In this document: positions 36,399 through 46,220 of the stretch, in pieces | Position numbering within the stretch: position 1 is the first letter of the stretch | Layout: each line of letters begins with the position of its first letter | Assembly (NCBI GenBank): GCA_016293205.1 | Contig: JAEDES010000004.1 | Coordinates: forward strand, 4,321-68,320 | Direction: 5' to 3' | DNA: 64,000 bases | From: Bacilli bacterium | GTDB lineage: Bacteria; Bacillota_I; Bacilli_A; RF39; UBA660 | Made by a program: the position numbers and the translations under genes | The notes under the pieces: generated by a model | What the model was told of the DNA's origin: nothing | Seen by the model: the letters and a program-made list of their open reading frames with translations, nothing else | Databases searched by the model: none

Positions 36399-38710
36399 TA
36401 TATCACCTCATCAAACATTTCTTCAAATTTTAACATTTTTTTATTTTGAACTTTATTTAAGTCAATTGATTTTACTTTACTATTTTTATTTAAAATTTCT
36501 TTTACTTCTTCTACCATTTTCTTTTCATCTTTAGATACTATAAAAGCATAATCTTTTCCCATATTTATTGCATCATCAGATACATCAATTGTTGTAATAA
36601 TTTTCTTATTTAGAACAATTGCCTCTAGATATGTTACTGGGAATCCTTCATAGTCAGATGTTAAAATAATGTAATCTGCTTGTTTCATATATGGATATGG
36701 ATTTGATTTTTTTCCAAAAAACGTTACTCTAGAAGTAATTTTATTTTTCTTTGTATATTCCTCATACATCTTTCTATCTGGTCCATCTCCAATAATCCAT
36801 AGTTCCATATTTTTTATTTCTTTTACTAGGTTTAATGCTCTAGTAAGTTTTTTAGAATGATCTTCTAATCTTCCTACAAATACAAATAATTTATGATTAT
36901 TATTTTTCTTTATATCAATTTCCTCTTTACTTGTTATCTTTATTGAGTCTATATCTATAAAGTTATTAATTGTTATTGATTTTTCAATCATATTCGGATA
37001 ATATTCTAAAAAGTCATTTTTTGATTCATTTGATACAAATATAAGTCTTTTGAATTTTTCGATATTTCTCGTATCAAAGAATTGTCTAAATTCTTTTTCA
37101 TCTTTATAAATATATGTATAGTTACTATGAACATAGAAGGCATTATTTTTTGATGAAACTAGTGCTAATTTGTTAGCACTGTAACTATAAGTTGCATAAC
37201 AACAACTAAAGTCATAGTTTTGATAATTTAAAATAGTATATATTAACTTTCTATACATATTTGTAACTTTTCTAATAATTACATTTTTGTGATTTGAAAC
37301 TTTTAATTCAGTTATATTTGCTTTAGAAATAATCTTTGGTAAGAATATACCTTTCTTTTCTTCTAATACTACATCAACATTATATTTGTCATAATTAATT
37401 CTATTTAATAAATTTACTAAAGCTTTTTCTATTCCGCCTATATCAAAATTTACTGCAGCAAACATTAAATCTTTTTTATTTCTTTTTGCTAACATAACAA
37501 TAATTACTGCTGCTATAAAGCTAACTGCTGGACCTGTAATTATATGACCTGTAAACATTGATAATATAATTATTAATAGTAATGAAACTAATCTCATGCA
37601 TCTATTAAAATCAGTTTTTTGTTTATCTTTTAAAACATTAAATAATACATAAACATAAATTCCAAAGTATAAGATAAACCCAATAAAACCATGTGAATAA
37701 TATATATCAAAATAATCCATTTCTACTGCTTTTTGTAATTTATTGTCTTGTGTATATCCAATTCCAAATATTTTTTCATATACCGAAGAATCTTTGTATA
37801 GTTCATTTTTATCTTCTAAAAAAGTTAATCTCTGACTAAATATAAAATGATCAATTAATTCATATTCAGTGAATACTTCAAATACATTATCAACTTCAAG
37901 AAAGTCTAAATGTACTTCAATATTTTTATAAAAATTTGTTTTTGGTAAAACTAACATTAAACTGATAAATCCAATAATTATTAATACTAAAGAATATACA
38001 ATTGGCTTATATGTTTTTTTCTTTATACAATGATAAAAATAATACATAAATATTGTTCCAAGAGTTATACATAACGATAATAAAGGTGTTTTTGTACCCA
38101 TCATTAGTATTACTACAAGGAATATAATTAACATTAATGTTTTCATTAGATATTTATTTTTTCCAGCTAAAAGAATAAACATAAATGGTGTTAATAAAGA
38201 AATAATTCCACTTATTTCATTTGCAGAGTTATAAAAACCTAATGTCCCGGCTTTTGTAATTTCATATGTTTTAAATCCGAAGTTAAATATTGTTGGAATA
38301 AATATACATATTAAATAAGTAAATAATGTTACTACTAAAGTTAAATTATTAATTTTAATTTTATCTCTTAATTCATATAATGAAATTAAAATAATAGGAA
38401 AATAGAAAGCTTTTACTAAACCTTGTATTTCTGCAAAATAACTTCCATCTTTATAAATAATAATTCCAATCAAATAAAGTATGGAGTAAAAGATAATACT
38501 TATATATACCCATAAACTTAATTTCTTTTTAAAGACAAATGTTGTTACATACATAATTAGTGCTAAAAATAATATTCTAATTATAATTCCTACTGTTATG
38601 TTGAAATCAAATAGGTTTACACATAATCCTGTTATTAAATCCAATATTGGTTGTAAAAGTATAAAGAAACTTACAATCTTACTTATATTTTTTTCAAGAA
38701 ATTTATTCAT
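36398..38710 (-). CDS. O-antigen ligase/polymerase-like (Wzy_C-type) membrane domain fused to a C-terminal GT4 glycosyltransferase
   Basis: About 11 TM helices with LMMGTKTPLLS and DIYYSHGFIGFILYFG (Wzy_C-like). The C-terminal domain has FVGRLEDHSKK...SDYEGFPVTYLEAI (GT4). Confidence 0.7.
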   Translation of the reverse strand: MNKFLEKNISKIVSFFILLQPILDLITGLCVNLFDFNITVGIIIRILFLALIMYVTTFVFKKKLSLWVYISIIFYSILYLIGIIIYKDGSYFAEIQGLVKAFYFPIILISLYELRDKIKINNLTLVVTLFTYLICIFIPTIFNFGFKTYEITKAGTLGFYNSANEISGIISLLTPFMFILLAGKNKYLMKTLMLIIFLVVILMMGTKTPLLSLCITLGTIFMYYFYHCIKKKTYKPIVYSLVLIIIGFISLMLVLPKTNFYKNIEVHLDFLEVDNVFEVFTEYELIDHFIFSQRLTFLEDKNELYKDSSVYEKIFGIGYTQDNKLQKAVEMDYFDIYYSHGFIGFILYFGIYVYVLFNVLKDKQKTDFNRCMRLVSLLLIIILSMFTGHIITGPAVSFIAAVIIVMLAKRNKKDLMFAAVNFDIGGIEKALVNLLNRINYDKYNVDVVLEEKKGIFLPKIISKANITELKVSNHKNVIIRKVTNMYRKLIYTILNYQNYDFSCCYATYSYSANKLALVSSKNNAFYVHSNYTYIYKDEKEFRQFFDTRNIEKFKRLIFVSNESKNDFLEYYPNMIEKSITINNFIDIDSIKITSKEEIDIKKNNNHKLFVFVGRLEDHSKKLTRALNLVKEIKNMELWIIGDGPDRKMYEEYTKKNKITSRVTFFGKKSNPYPYMKQADYIILTSDYEGFPVTYLEAIVLNKKIITTIDVSDDAINMGKDYAFIVSKDEKKMVEEVKEILNKNSKVKSIDLNKVQNKKMLKFEEMFDEVI

Positions 38711-38748
38711 CTACTCCACCCTCTAAAAAAAAGCATTTTCCTTTTTTT

Positions 38749-38777
38749 ATTATATCATTTATGAAATTACTTGTAAA
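38749..38777 (-). promoter_or_regulatory. promoter of the 38710-to-28730 glycosylation unit
   Basis: Minus strand: TTTACA (38777-38772), 17 nt, TGATATAAT extended -10 (38757-38749). Confidence 0.7.
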
Positions 38778-38785
38778 ACAATAAT

Positions 38786-38809
38786 AGTTCATATCAGTTG
38801 ATATGAACT
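38786..38809 (-). terminator. hairpin terminator after the GtrII-like gene
   Basis: Perfect AGTTCATATCA-GT-TGATATGAACT palindrome overlapping the TAG stop, followed on minus by ATTATTGTTTT. Confidence 0.55.
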
Positions 38810-40343
38810 ATCCTAACTTAACAACTAGAATATCATCTATATATTTAATACTTCCTTTATTTGGATATACTGGCATATTATTAATTTCCCATTGTTCTAT
38901 TTTATCTAAATATGGATTCTCTATTATATTTATATTAGCATATTGAAACATTTTAAGATAATAGTCATAGCGACCATATTCTCCTACATATAAAGAAAAA
39001 TCTTCTCCTGCGCCGGTTATTCTTCTTAGATTATCTGTTGCATTGTTAAATTCTATATTCATATTAGGGGACCCCTCTATGACAACTTTTGTTTTATTTG
39101 GAATATAGTCCTCAAAACTTTCAATACTATATATTACTCTATTCATATAGCTTTGCGTTTTTTCCTCAGCTATTTCTTTCATCATATATAAAGTGTTTGC
39201 CATTCTTACATTTCCTAATAAAATTATTGTTATAAGAGTAATACTTATCATCTTCAGTTTGTTATGTTTTTTATTATCAAAAATATATATTAATATAATA
39301 AATAAATTAGTTAACCACAAAGAGTAATGCATTAAATCATGACTCATACCATTTGTTAGTATTCTTGATATGTTCATTGAAAATGGTAGTAAAAAGATTA
39401 ATAATAATATTAGTATTTTTTCTTTTACTTTTATATTTTTGCTAAATACTTTACTTAAAATTATATATCCCGCTCCAACTATTAATACTATATTAATTAG
39501 TATTGTAATGATATCTGGATATAATGATGCTGGATAAATTATCGTTTTAATAGTATATAAATAACATAAAATTGTCTCTCTAATTATTTCAATCAAAGAC
39601 ATTTTGAATATAGTATCTAAAGAGTTATATGTTCCAGATGTTACACTTTTTTTAAATATAATTGGAATTAATTTTAATATTATAATATATATTAATCCTG
39701 CTAGAATAATCATTAATATTGCTCTTAACCCATTATTAAATACTGTTTTAAAATCTTCTTTTTTCAATAAATCTATTATTGAAACTATCATTATTAATGA
39801 TATAGCCATGGATAAATAACTCTGATATAAACCTAGCGATATAAATAATGGTATTGTTCCATATAGATACCCTTTTTTATGTTTTCTCCATAAAAATACA
39901 GCAATGACTGATGACATCATTGCAAACATATCAACATCCATATCTTCAATAAACACTCCGCATAAACTTATCATCGTAACATTTGCAACTAAAATACCTG
40001 GAGTTATAATTTTCATAATATGATTATCTTTATCAATATCAAATATTTTTAATATTAATATACTGGATATTGCAATATAGATTAACGATATAATTCCAAT
40101 TAACCAAGGAACAACTAATATTCCTCTTGTTAGATATATATATGTTGGATATAATATTCGTCCTAGCGATATTTTCCAATCAATTAGTCCATCATTTATA
40201 ATCGATTCCATAAGTGAGTCATGTGACAATGCACTATTTGCAAACATAAATCCATGGGTTATTATTCCCCATATAAATGTAATTATAAATATTGTTATTA
40301 TATAATTCTTTTCTTTTTTAATATAATTAAGTGCTTCTTTCAT
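38808..40343 (-). CDS. polytopic membrane protein, GtrII/glucosyl-transferase-II-like (putative extracytoplasmic GT-C type transferase)
   Basis: About 12 TM helices. The N-terminal ...GIITHGFMFANSALSHDSL... resembles that family as I remember it. Start moved to the ATG at 40341-40343 (MKEALNY), 7 nt after AAGGAG. Confidence 0.5.
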   Translation of the reverse strand: MKEALNYIKKEKNYIITIFIITFIWGIITHGFMFANSALSHDSLMESIINDGLIDWKISLGRILYPTYIYLTRGILVVPWLIGIISLIYIAISSILILKIFDIDKDNHIMKIITPGILVANVTMISLCGVFIEDMDVDMFAMMSSVIAVFLWRKHKKGYLYGTIPLFISLGLYQSYLSMAISLIMIVSIIDLLKKEDFKTVFNNGLRAILMIILAGLIYIIILKLIPIIFKKSVTSGTYNSLDTIFKMSLIEIIRETILCYLYTIKTIIYPASLYPDIITILINIVLIVGAGYIILSKVFSKNIKVKEKILILLLIFLLPFSMNISRILTNGMSHDLMHYSLWLTNLFIILIYIFDNKKHNKLKMISITLITIILLGNVRMANTLYMMKEIAEEKTQSYMNRVIYSIESFEDYIPNKTKVVIEGSPNMNIEFNNATDNLRRITGAGEDFSLYVGEYGRYDYYLKMFQYANINIIENPYLDKIEQWEINNMPVYPNKGSIKYIDDILVVKLG

Positions 40344-40362
40344 AAGTATACTCCTTATATAC

Positions 40363-40390
40363 ATTATAACATTATTATTTTCTTTGTAAA
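40363..40390 (-). promoter_or_regulatory. promoter of the GtrII-like gene
   Basis: Minus strand: TTTACA (40390-40385), 16 nt, TGTTATAAT extended -10 (40371-40363). Confidence 0.6.
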
Positions 40391-40480
40391 CTTTTGTGTA
40401 ACTTATAGTGTTTATATTTATATTTTTTTCTTCTTATTATATAATGATATTAGTAAAAATATATAAGATTGAGGTGAAAC

Positions 40481-42442
40481 ATGAGCAAGAAGAAAAAGAA
40501 AAAAAATAATCAAAATACTTCTGTCGAAGAAGTTAAAATAGAAGAAGAAATTCAAGAAACCGAGGAATCTATCGATGAGGATAACCTAACTGCAGTAGAA
40601 GATAATTCTAGTGATGAGATCATTGCAAATGAGGAAGAAGATATTTCTAATGAAGAGATTATTGAATATGAAGAAGAAGTTCCTGATGTTGTTGCTACTA
40701 AGGTAGTTAATGATAAAAAGAAATATGATCCTACTATGTGTAATATGTTACTTATCTTTGTGTTATTATGTAGTTTAGGTCATTTAGTTGGTAAATTAAT
40801 AATTGGAGATGATGTTATTATGAACTTAATTGGTTCGATGATTTTACTTTTATTCTCTATGGCATTTATCTTACTTGGATTTAATTCTGGTAAGAGAAAA
40901 AAGAAATATGTTATACTTGGTTCTTTCTTATTAATATTATTCTTTGTATTTAGTTTAGGAAGTAGTTATTTTAATATTAATAATCAAGTAATTGACTTTT
41001 CTAATATGAAGTTAAATGAAGCAATTAAATGGTTTGAAAAGAATGATATTGAATTAGTTCAAACATATGAGTATAGTGATATGATTGATGAATATCATGT
41101 TATTGCTCAAGATGTTAAAGCTGGTAGTTTAATAAAAAATACTAAGTCTATTACTCTATCTATTAGTGAAGGTCCTAATCCAAATAAGATGGTTGCAATT
41201 CCAAGTATGGTTGGATGGACAAGCGAACAAGTATTAGATTTTATACTTAAGAATAAATTAACTAATGTTAATGTATCATTTATTGTATCTGAAGGAATGA
41301 CTGATACAGTTATTAAACAAAGTAAAGTTGGAAATCTTGCAAGAAATGAAAAATTAGAAATTGAATTTTCTTTAGGAGAAGGAAATTCTTTAGAGGAGAT
41401 TAAATTAATTGATTTTAAAAAGAAATCTGAATTTGAAAGTATTTTCTATTTAAAGAAAAATCAAGTTAATTATGAAATTAAATATGCTTTCTCTAGTAGT
41501 ATTAAGAAAGGATATGTAATTAAACAAAGTATTGCTGCTGGAAAAACAGTTAACATAAAAAATGATAAAGTTGTTATTACAGTAAGTAAAGGTCCTGAAA
41601 TTAAGATTACTGAACTTAGAGGTATGTCGATGAGTGATATTACTGATTGGGTTATTAATAATAAATTAAAACTTGAATTTACTGATCAATATGATGATAG
41701 TACTAAAGAAAACCATGTTATTAGTGCAAACTACTCTAATGGGGATGTTGTTGAAGAAGGAACTGTTATTAAGATAGTTGTTTCTAAGGGTAAATTAGTA
41801 ATGCCTAAGTTTAATAATCTTAATGAATTTAGAGATTGGGTTAATAAATATAATATTAATTCTGAAGAAAAACATGAATTTAGTGATTCAGTTGCTATTG
41901 GTAATATTATTAGATTCTCTCATAAAGAAGGAGATGTTATTAAGAATACTGATACAGTTGTTGTTACAATTAGTGATGGTAAAAAGATTAGTGTTCCTAA
42001 TGTAGTTGGTATTAGTAAAGACAGTGCTGCTAGTAAATTAAAGAATGCTGGTCTAGGTTATAACTTTGTTTATAGTTATAGTGATAGTGTTGCAAAAGGA
42101 AATACAATTAGACAATCAATTAGCGCTGGTGCTGGAGTTAGTCAAGGAACAGTTGTTACAGTTACAGTAAGTAATGGTAAGAAACCTTATACTCCACCTG
42201 CTCCTACTACACCAAGTTGTGATAAATCTAAAGGTTCTGCTTTAAATATCCAATATGGTTCATCTGGTAGTCAAACAGTATCAATGATTAAGCAAATGAA
42301 TCCAAATCATAAGTTCTCATTTAATTATGTTACATCTTGTCCTAATGGAAGTATCGCTCCTGGATCTGTATGTAATGGAGATTTGCTTGATGGTGTATGG
42401 AAAAACTATTGTGATACTATAACAGTTACAATTATTAAGTAA
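40481..42442 (+). CDS. membrane protein with six tandem PASTA domains and a C-terminal 4-Cys domain; no kinase or PBP domain
   Basis: Acidic cytoplasmic tail, three TM helices, then six ~65-aa repeats ending in ...SxG. The last repeat reads VPNVVGISKDSAASKLKNAGLGYNFVYSYSDSVAKGNTIRQSISAGAGVSQGTVVTVTVSNG. GAGGTGA RBS. Confidence 0.8.
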   Translation: MSKKKKKKNNQNTSVEEVKIEEEIQETEESIDEDNLTAVEDNSSDEIIANEEEDISNEEIIEYEEEVPDVVATKVVNDKKKYDPTMCNMLLIFVLLCSLGHLVGKLIIGDDVIMNLIGSMILLLFSMAFILLGFNSGKRKKKYVILGSFLLILFFVFSLGSSYFNINNQVIDFSNMKLNEAIKWFEKNDIELVQTYEYSDMIDEYHVIAQDVKAGSLIKNTKSITLSISEGPNPNKMVAIPSMVGWTSEQVLDFILKNKLTNVNVSFIVSEGMTDTVIKQSKVGNLARNEKLEIEFSLGEGNSLEEIKLIDFKKKSEFESIFYLKKNQVNYEIKYAFSSSIKKGYVIKQSIAAGKTVNIKNDKVVITVSKGPEIKITELRGMSMSDITDWVINNKLKLEFTDQYDDSTKENHVISANYSNGDVVEEGTVIKIVVSKGKLVMPKFNNLNEFRDWVNKYNINSEEKHEFSDSVAIGNIIRFSHKEGDVIKNTDTVVVTISDGKKISVPNVVGISKDSAASKLKNAGLGYNFVYSYSDSVAKGNTIRQSISAGAGVSQGTVVTVTVSNGKKPYTPPAPTTPSCDKSKGSALNIQYGSSGSQTVSMIKQMNPNHKFSFNYVTSCPNGSIAPGSVCNGDLLDGVWKNYCDTITVTIIK

Positions 42443-42448
42443 TTAAAA

Positions 42449-42475
42449 AAGATAGAAATTATTCTATCTTTTTTG
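42449..42475 (+). terminator. rho-independent terminator of the PASTA gene
   Basis: AAGATAGAA-loop-TTCTATCTT followed by TTTT. Confidence 0.8.
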
Positions 42476-42505
42476 TATATAAAAATAGAGGATTACTCCT
42501 CTATT
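42476..42505 (-). terminator. rho-independent terminator of the 1174-aa gene
   Basis: AATAGAGGA-GTAA-TCCTCTATT followed by TTTTATA on minus. It overlaps the TAG stop. Confidence 0.8.
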
Positions 42506-45500
42506 TTGTTACTTTCATTTCTATTCTATTTCCCTTTGATAAGTTAATTGAGAATGAATAGTTTTTATCGTTAATTGTTTTCTTAACATTATCTAGACTT
42601 CTTCCAAGTTTTTCAGTAAATTCAGAATAATCTGTAATATTAGAACTTGTTGTTATATAGATAACATACTCTCCTACTGGGATGTCTGAAATATCTATTT
42701 TCTTATCAAACCATGCTTTTGTTTTATCTAAATTATCATCTACTGGTAAGAAGACTTGATAGTTTCCATTAGTAATACTATCTAGTGCTTTTGTATATTT
42801 CTTATATGTTGTTTTATCTTCAAATATAATATTTCTTGTTACTTTAGTATCTTTTGATAAGTTCATTCCATATGAATAACTGTTACCTCTTAGATATAAG
42901 TAATTATCACTAAATTCAAACTTAGTATATTTTGTATATTGATTATAAATATAAGAACTATTTTTATCTGCAATAGCTTCATCTCTTACTTTTAATTCTA
43001 CATATGAATTTGCAGTATCATAGTTATTACTGATTGTTGCTTCATTTGTAGTACTTTCTACTTTTGTAGCTTGTGGCTTATAAGAGTTGTTATTTACTAA
43101 TTCTTTTACATAATATTTATCAGTTTCCGCATAAGCATAGAATTGATAATTTCCTACAGGAAGTTTATCTACATCTACTTCTGCATTGAACCATGAGTAT
43201 GTATAATCTTTTCCATCTGGACTATAAACAGCTTTTGGAATATCTGCTTTATTTGTAATTCTTGTACCTTCTATTTTTACTTCTTCTTTTGTATCAATAT
43301 TTACAAAGATTAAAGTATATTTAATATCTACATTTAAATTATTATCAATTCCATAGATTGTTTCGTATCCTTGAATTAATAATTTATTATCTTTAGTCTT
43401 AATATAATTTAAATTGAATAGTCCGTTTGCTTCTACTTTTGTTTGTTCTTTAACTGTTATTGTAATTGTCTTTGTTACTGTTTGATTGAAACTATCAGTT
43501 ACTTGGTATGTTACTTGGTATGTTCCAACAATTTTTGTATTTACATTATTACTTGTTACTTTAATATTAGTTATATTTCCATCTTCTGGATCTGTTGCAG
43601 TTACTCCATCTAAGGCATTGAATGTTGAATTTAAATTTACGGTTTTATCTTTTGCATTAATAGATGGTTTTTGATTTTGTGTAACTGTTACTGTTATTTC
43701 TTTTATAACTGTTTCTTTCTTTGAATCAGCTACTTGATATTTTACTTTATATGTTCCAACAACTTTGTTATTAACATTACTTTCAACTACTTGAATACTT
43801 GATGTTAAATTTCCATCCTCTGGGTCTGTTGCAGTTACATCTTTTTTAGCATCAAAAGTTTGTCCTTGAACTATTGTTTTGTTTGATGCATTTATTACAG
43901 GTGGTTGGTTAGCAATCGTTGTTGTATAAAGACTATGTGTTACATATTTTTCGGCTGCTAGAGTCCATCCAAATTCATTTGATGTTCCACTTAAATTATA
44001 TGGAATCTTATACCATGTTTTGTCATCAACTTGTTTTGTTTCAAGGATTGGTACAATAGCGTACTTGTATAATCCACCTATTTTGGTACTTTCAGAATCC
44101 ACTGTATTGTAATTTACCCAAGTGTAGGCATTCATATCAGGTACATCAACTGATACTTTAGAATATTTACCTGCTACTTCTTTAATAGTATTTGCAGGTA
44201 CCCAATGTTCATCATTATTCATATAATCTGATGTTACTAAATATGATACTTCATTTTTATCTTCATCATATGCAATTGCATGAATAATTACATATCGATT
44301 ATTTAATAATTTTTGATTTTTTACTTGAGTTAATGTTGAATCATAATAATAAGAAGTTTCTTTTACTGATAATCCTATTTTTGGAGATAGAACTGTATCT
44401 TTAATCATTAAATCATATGTATAATTTTTATCTTGATATTCAAATACATCGTTAGGAGATTTATATCCATCTTTTGCTGTATTTATTCTTTTTACATATG
44501 ATGCTGGAATATAGGCATATGAATTCCAATTATAGTTTGAACCTTCTGGTAATTCATTGAAATTGGCATCTAAGTTTATGTCACTTACTACTTTATACCA
44601 TGTTGCATCTCCATTAATTGTTTCTCCTTCTTTTTCTCCGATGATAACAACTGCATCATCTTTTTCAGGATATGTGTATAGGAATTTTGAAGATGTTTTG
44701 GCATCTGTTCTAGCATCTACTGGTGCAGTTACTACTCCTAATTGATAATAGTTGTAGTCTTGTAATCCGAAAGCAGCATCCATAGAGTAATAGTTTGCAG
44801 CCATCTTTTCACTCCAATAAGTATCAGATGCATATTTAACGTTCATTCCAATTCCTTTGTCACCAAAGTGTGGGCCGAAATAACGCCAGTCTCTTGCATG
44901 AGCATATCCATAAGTAATCCATTTGTTTGCATATCCTAAAATACTACTTGCGAATGTTGCATACCATTTAGCAGATTCTCCTGGAGATGAGTCTACAGCA
45001 TCTAGTCCAAATCCATTATTTTTATTAATACTAATTGAACTCTTACCATTTCCTGTTTCATTTCTACTTAAACTTAATGATAATAACGCATTCGCTCCAT
45101 CTGCTTCTTGAGCGTGATAGTAGAATGTTCCCATTCCATATAATTTTGATCTTCCACTATAAGCAGTTGAACCAAATACATCTCCTGTATAATTTAGATT
45201 TTCCCTTATATATTTATCAATATTAATACTAGAGTAATTTGTTCTTGTATGATTTGATAAATACATATAATAGTTAAAATATTCTTTATCCTTATTTACA
45301 GCATTGTTAAAATTACCTGCTTTGTAATCTTTAATCATAGTTTTAATATCTTTATAAAAATAATGTCCGTCATAACTATAATATGTACCTGCTGTTAGCA
45401 TTTCTGGTTTTGGTCCAATTACACTTCCTCTTGAACCTGTATATACCTCTTGAATTTTATTTACATAATTATGTTTAATACTATCGTTTGTTACTGTATA

Positions 45501-46025
45501 ACTACTAGATGATTTTATCCATGTAATTGGGACTATTTCATAAGTCCATTGTCTAATCCAACCAGTAAAGTTACCAATCTTTACTTTAACATTCCATCCA
45601 TAATTATTATAAACTGTTTCAATATGTGCACCATCTACTCCACCATATAATGAACCATTATCCATATATGTATAAGTTCTATTATTATCACCAGCATTTT
45701 CATAGAAGTATGTTAGTGTCTCAGGATTCACTGTTAAATCTAGTAATGCAACATTCGCATCAACTATTTTTACTTTACCATCAACCATAGTCATAATTGC
45801 TAGATCGTCGGCGCCATTTGTTACCATAGCATTTTTAGCTTCACTATAACTGGCATAACAACCTACCTTGTCAATTACTCCATCACTATGAAATCCTGCT
45901 AATTCGTAAGCAGCACATAGATTTCTATCTTTGTAATTGTCTATTGAGTAGGCATCTACTTCTTTTATATTAAAACAGAATATAGTTAGAATAAAAGTTG
46001 TCATTAATAATAATCTTTTCTTCAT
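42501..46025 (-). CDS. secreted multidomain cell-wall protein: GH73-like N-acetylglucosaminidase region, SH3b-like segments, two Ig-like (DUF5011-type) repeats and two C-terminal repeat modules
   Basis: Signal peptide MKKRLLLMTTFILTIFCFNIKEVDA. SLSRNETGNGKSSISINKNNGFGLDA resembles the GH73 E-x-G-x-G...NN-x-FG motif. Tandem PPVINASNKT.../KPSINAKDKT... repeats. Confidence 0.7.
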   Translation of the reverse strand: MKKRLLLMTTFILTIFCFNIKEVDAYSIDNYKDRNLCAAYELAGFHSDGVIDKVGCYASYSEAKNAMVTNGADDLAIMTMVDGKVKIVDANVALLDLTVNPETLTYFYENAGDNNRTYTYMDNGSLYGGVDGAHIETVYNNYGWNVKVKIGNFTGWIRQWTYEIVPITWIKSSSSYTVTNDSIKHNYVNKIQEVYTGSRGSVIGPKPEMLTAGTYYSYDGHYFYKDIKTMIKDYKAGNFNNAVNKDKEYFNYYMYLSNHTRTNYSSINIDKYIRENLNYTGDVFGSTAYSGRSKLYGMGTFYYHAQEADGANALLSLSLSRNETGNGKSSISINKNNGFGLDAVDSSPGESAKWYATFASSILGYANKWITYGYAHARDWRYFGPHFGDKGIGMNVKYASDTYWSEKMAANYYSMDAAFGLQDYNYYQLGVVTAPVDARTDAKTSSKFLYTYPEKDDAVVIIGEKEGETINGDATWYKVVSDINLDANFNELPEGSNYNWNSYAYIPASYVKRINTAKDGYKSPNDVFEYQDKNYTYDLMIKDTVLSPKIGLSVKETSYYYDSTLTQVKNQKLLNNRYVIIHAIAYDEDKNEVSYLVTSDYMNNDEHWVPANTIKEVAGKYSKVSVDVPDMNAYTWVNYNTVDSESTKIGGLYKYAIVPILETKQVDDKTWYKIPYNLSGTSNEFGWTLAAEKYVTHSLYTTTIANQPPVINASNKTIVQGQTFDAKKDVTATDPEDGNLTSSIQVVESNVNNKVVGTYKVKYQVADSKKETVIKEITVTVTQNQKPSINAKDKTVNLNSTFNALDGVTATDPEDGNITNIKVTSNNVNTKIVGTYQVTYQVTDSFNQTVTKTITITVKEQTKVEANGLFNLNYIKTKDNKLLIQGYETIYGIDNNLNVDIKYTLIFVNIDTKEEVKIEGTRITNKADIPKAVYSPDGKDYTYSWFNAEVDVDKLPVGNYQFYAYAETDKYYVKELVNNNSYKPQATKVESTTNEATISNNYDTANSYVELKVRDEAIADKNSSYIYNQYTKYTKFEFSDNYLYLRGNSYSYGMNLSKDTKVTRNIIFEDKTTYKKYTKALDSITNGNYQVFLPVDDNLDKTKAWFDKKIDISDIPVGEYVIYITTSSNITDYSEFTEKLGRSLDNVKKTINDKNYSFSINLSKGNRIEMKVTK
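43452..43904 (-). repeat. tandem duplication (~234-nt period) encoding two Ig-like repeats
   Basis: ccatcttctggatctgttgcagttac (43579-43604) against ccatcctctgggtctgttgcagttac (43813-43838). Protein repeats: VTATDPEDGNLTS...VGTYKVKYQV and VTATDPEDGNITN...VGTYQVTYQV. Confidence 0.85.
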
Positions 46026-46157
46026 TAACCAATATCCTCCATCATATTTTATCTCAATTATATTATAACATTTTTGTCTATATAATCCTTTTCTTTTCTT
46101 TATTTAAAAATAAATTTTACATATTTTTACATAGATTTATTTTATATTTTAACAACC

Positions 46158-46186
46158 TTGATAAATTATCTTAAATTAGATATAAT
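46158..46186 (+). promoter_or_regulatory. promoter of the LCP gene
   Basis: TTGATA (46158-46163), 17 nt, TATAAT (46181-46186). Confidence 0.65.
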
Positions 46187-46220
46187 TTAAGGTAAGAGTA
46201 TAGGCTTAAGGAGGATGATT

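Noticed and set aside
41823-42005. Same-strand alternative-frame ORFs inside larger genes (41823-42005 in the PASTA gene; 50561-50758 in ltaS; 51165-51350 in the YihY gene; 51112-51363 antisense).
   Set aside because: They are embedded out of frame in well-supported CDSs, and no independent translation signals are visible.
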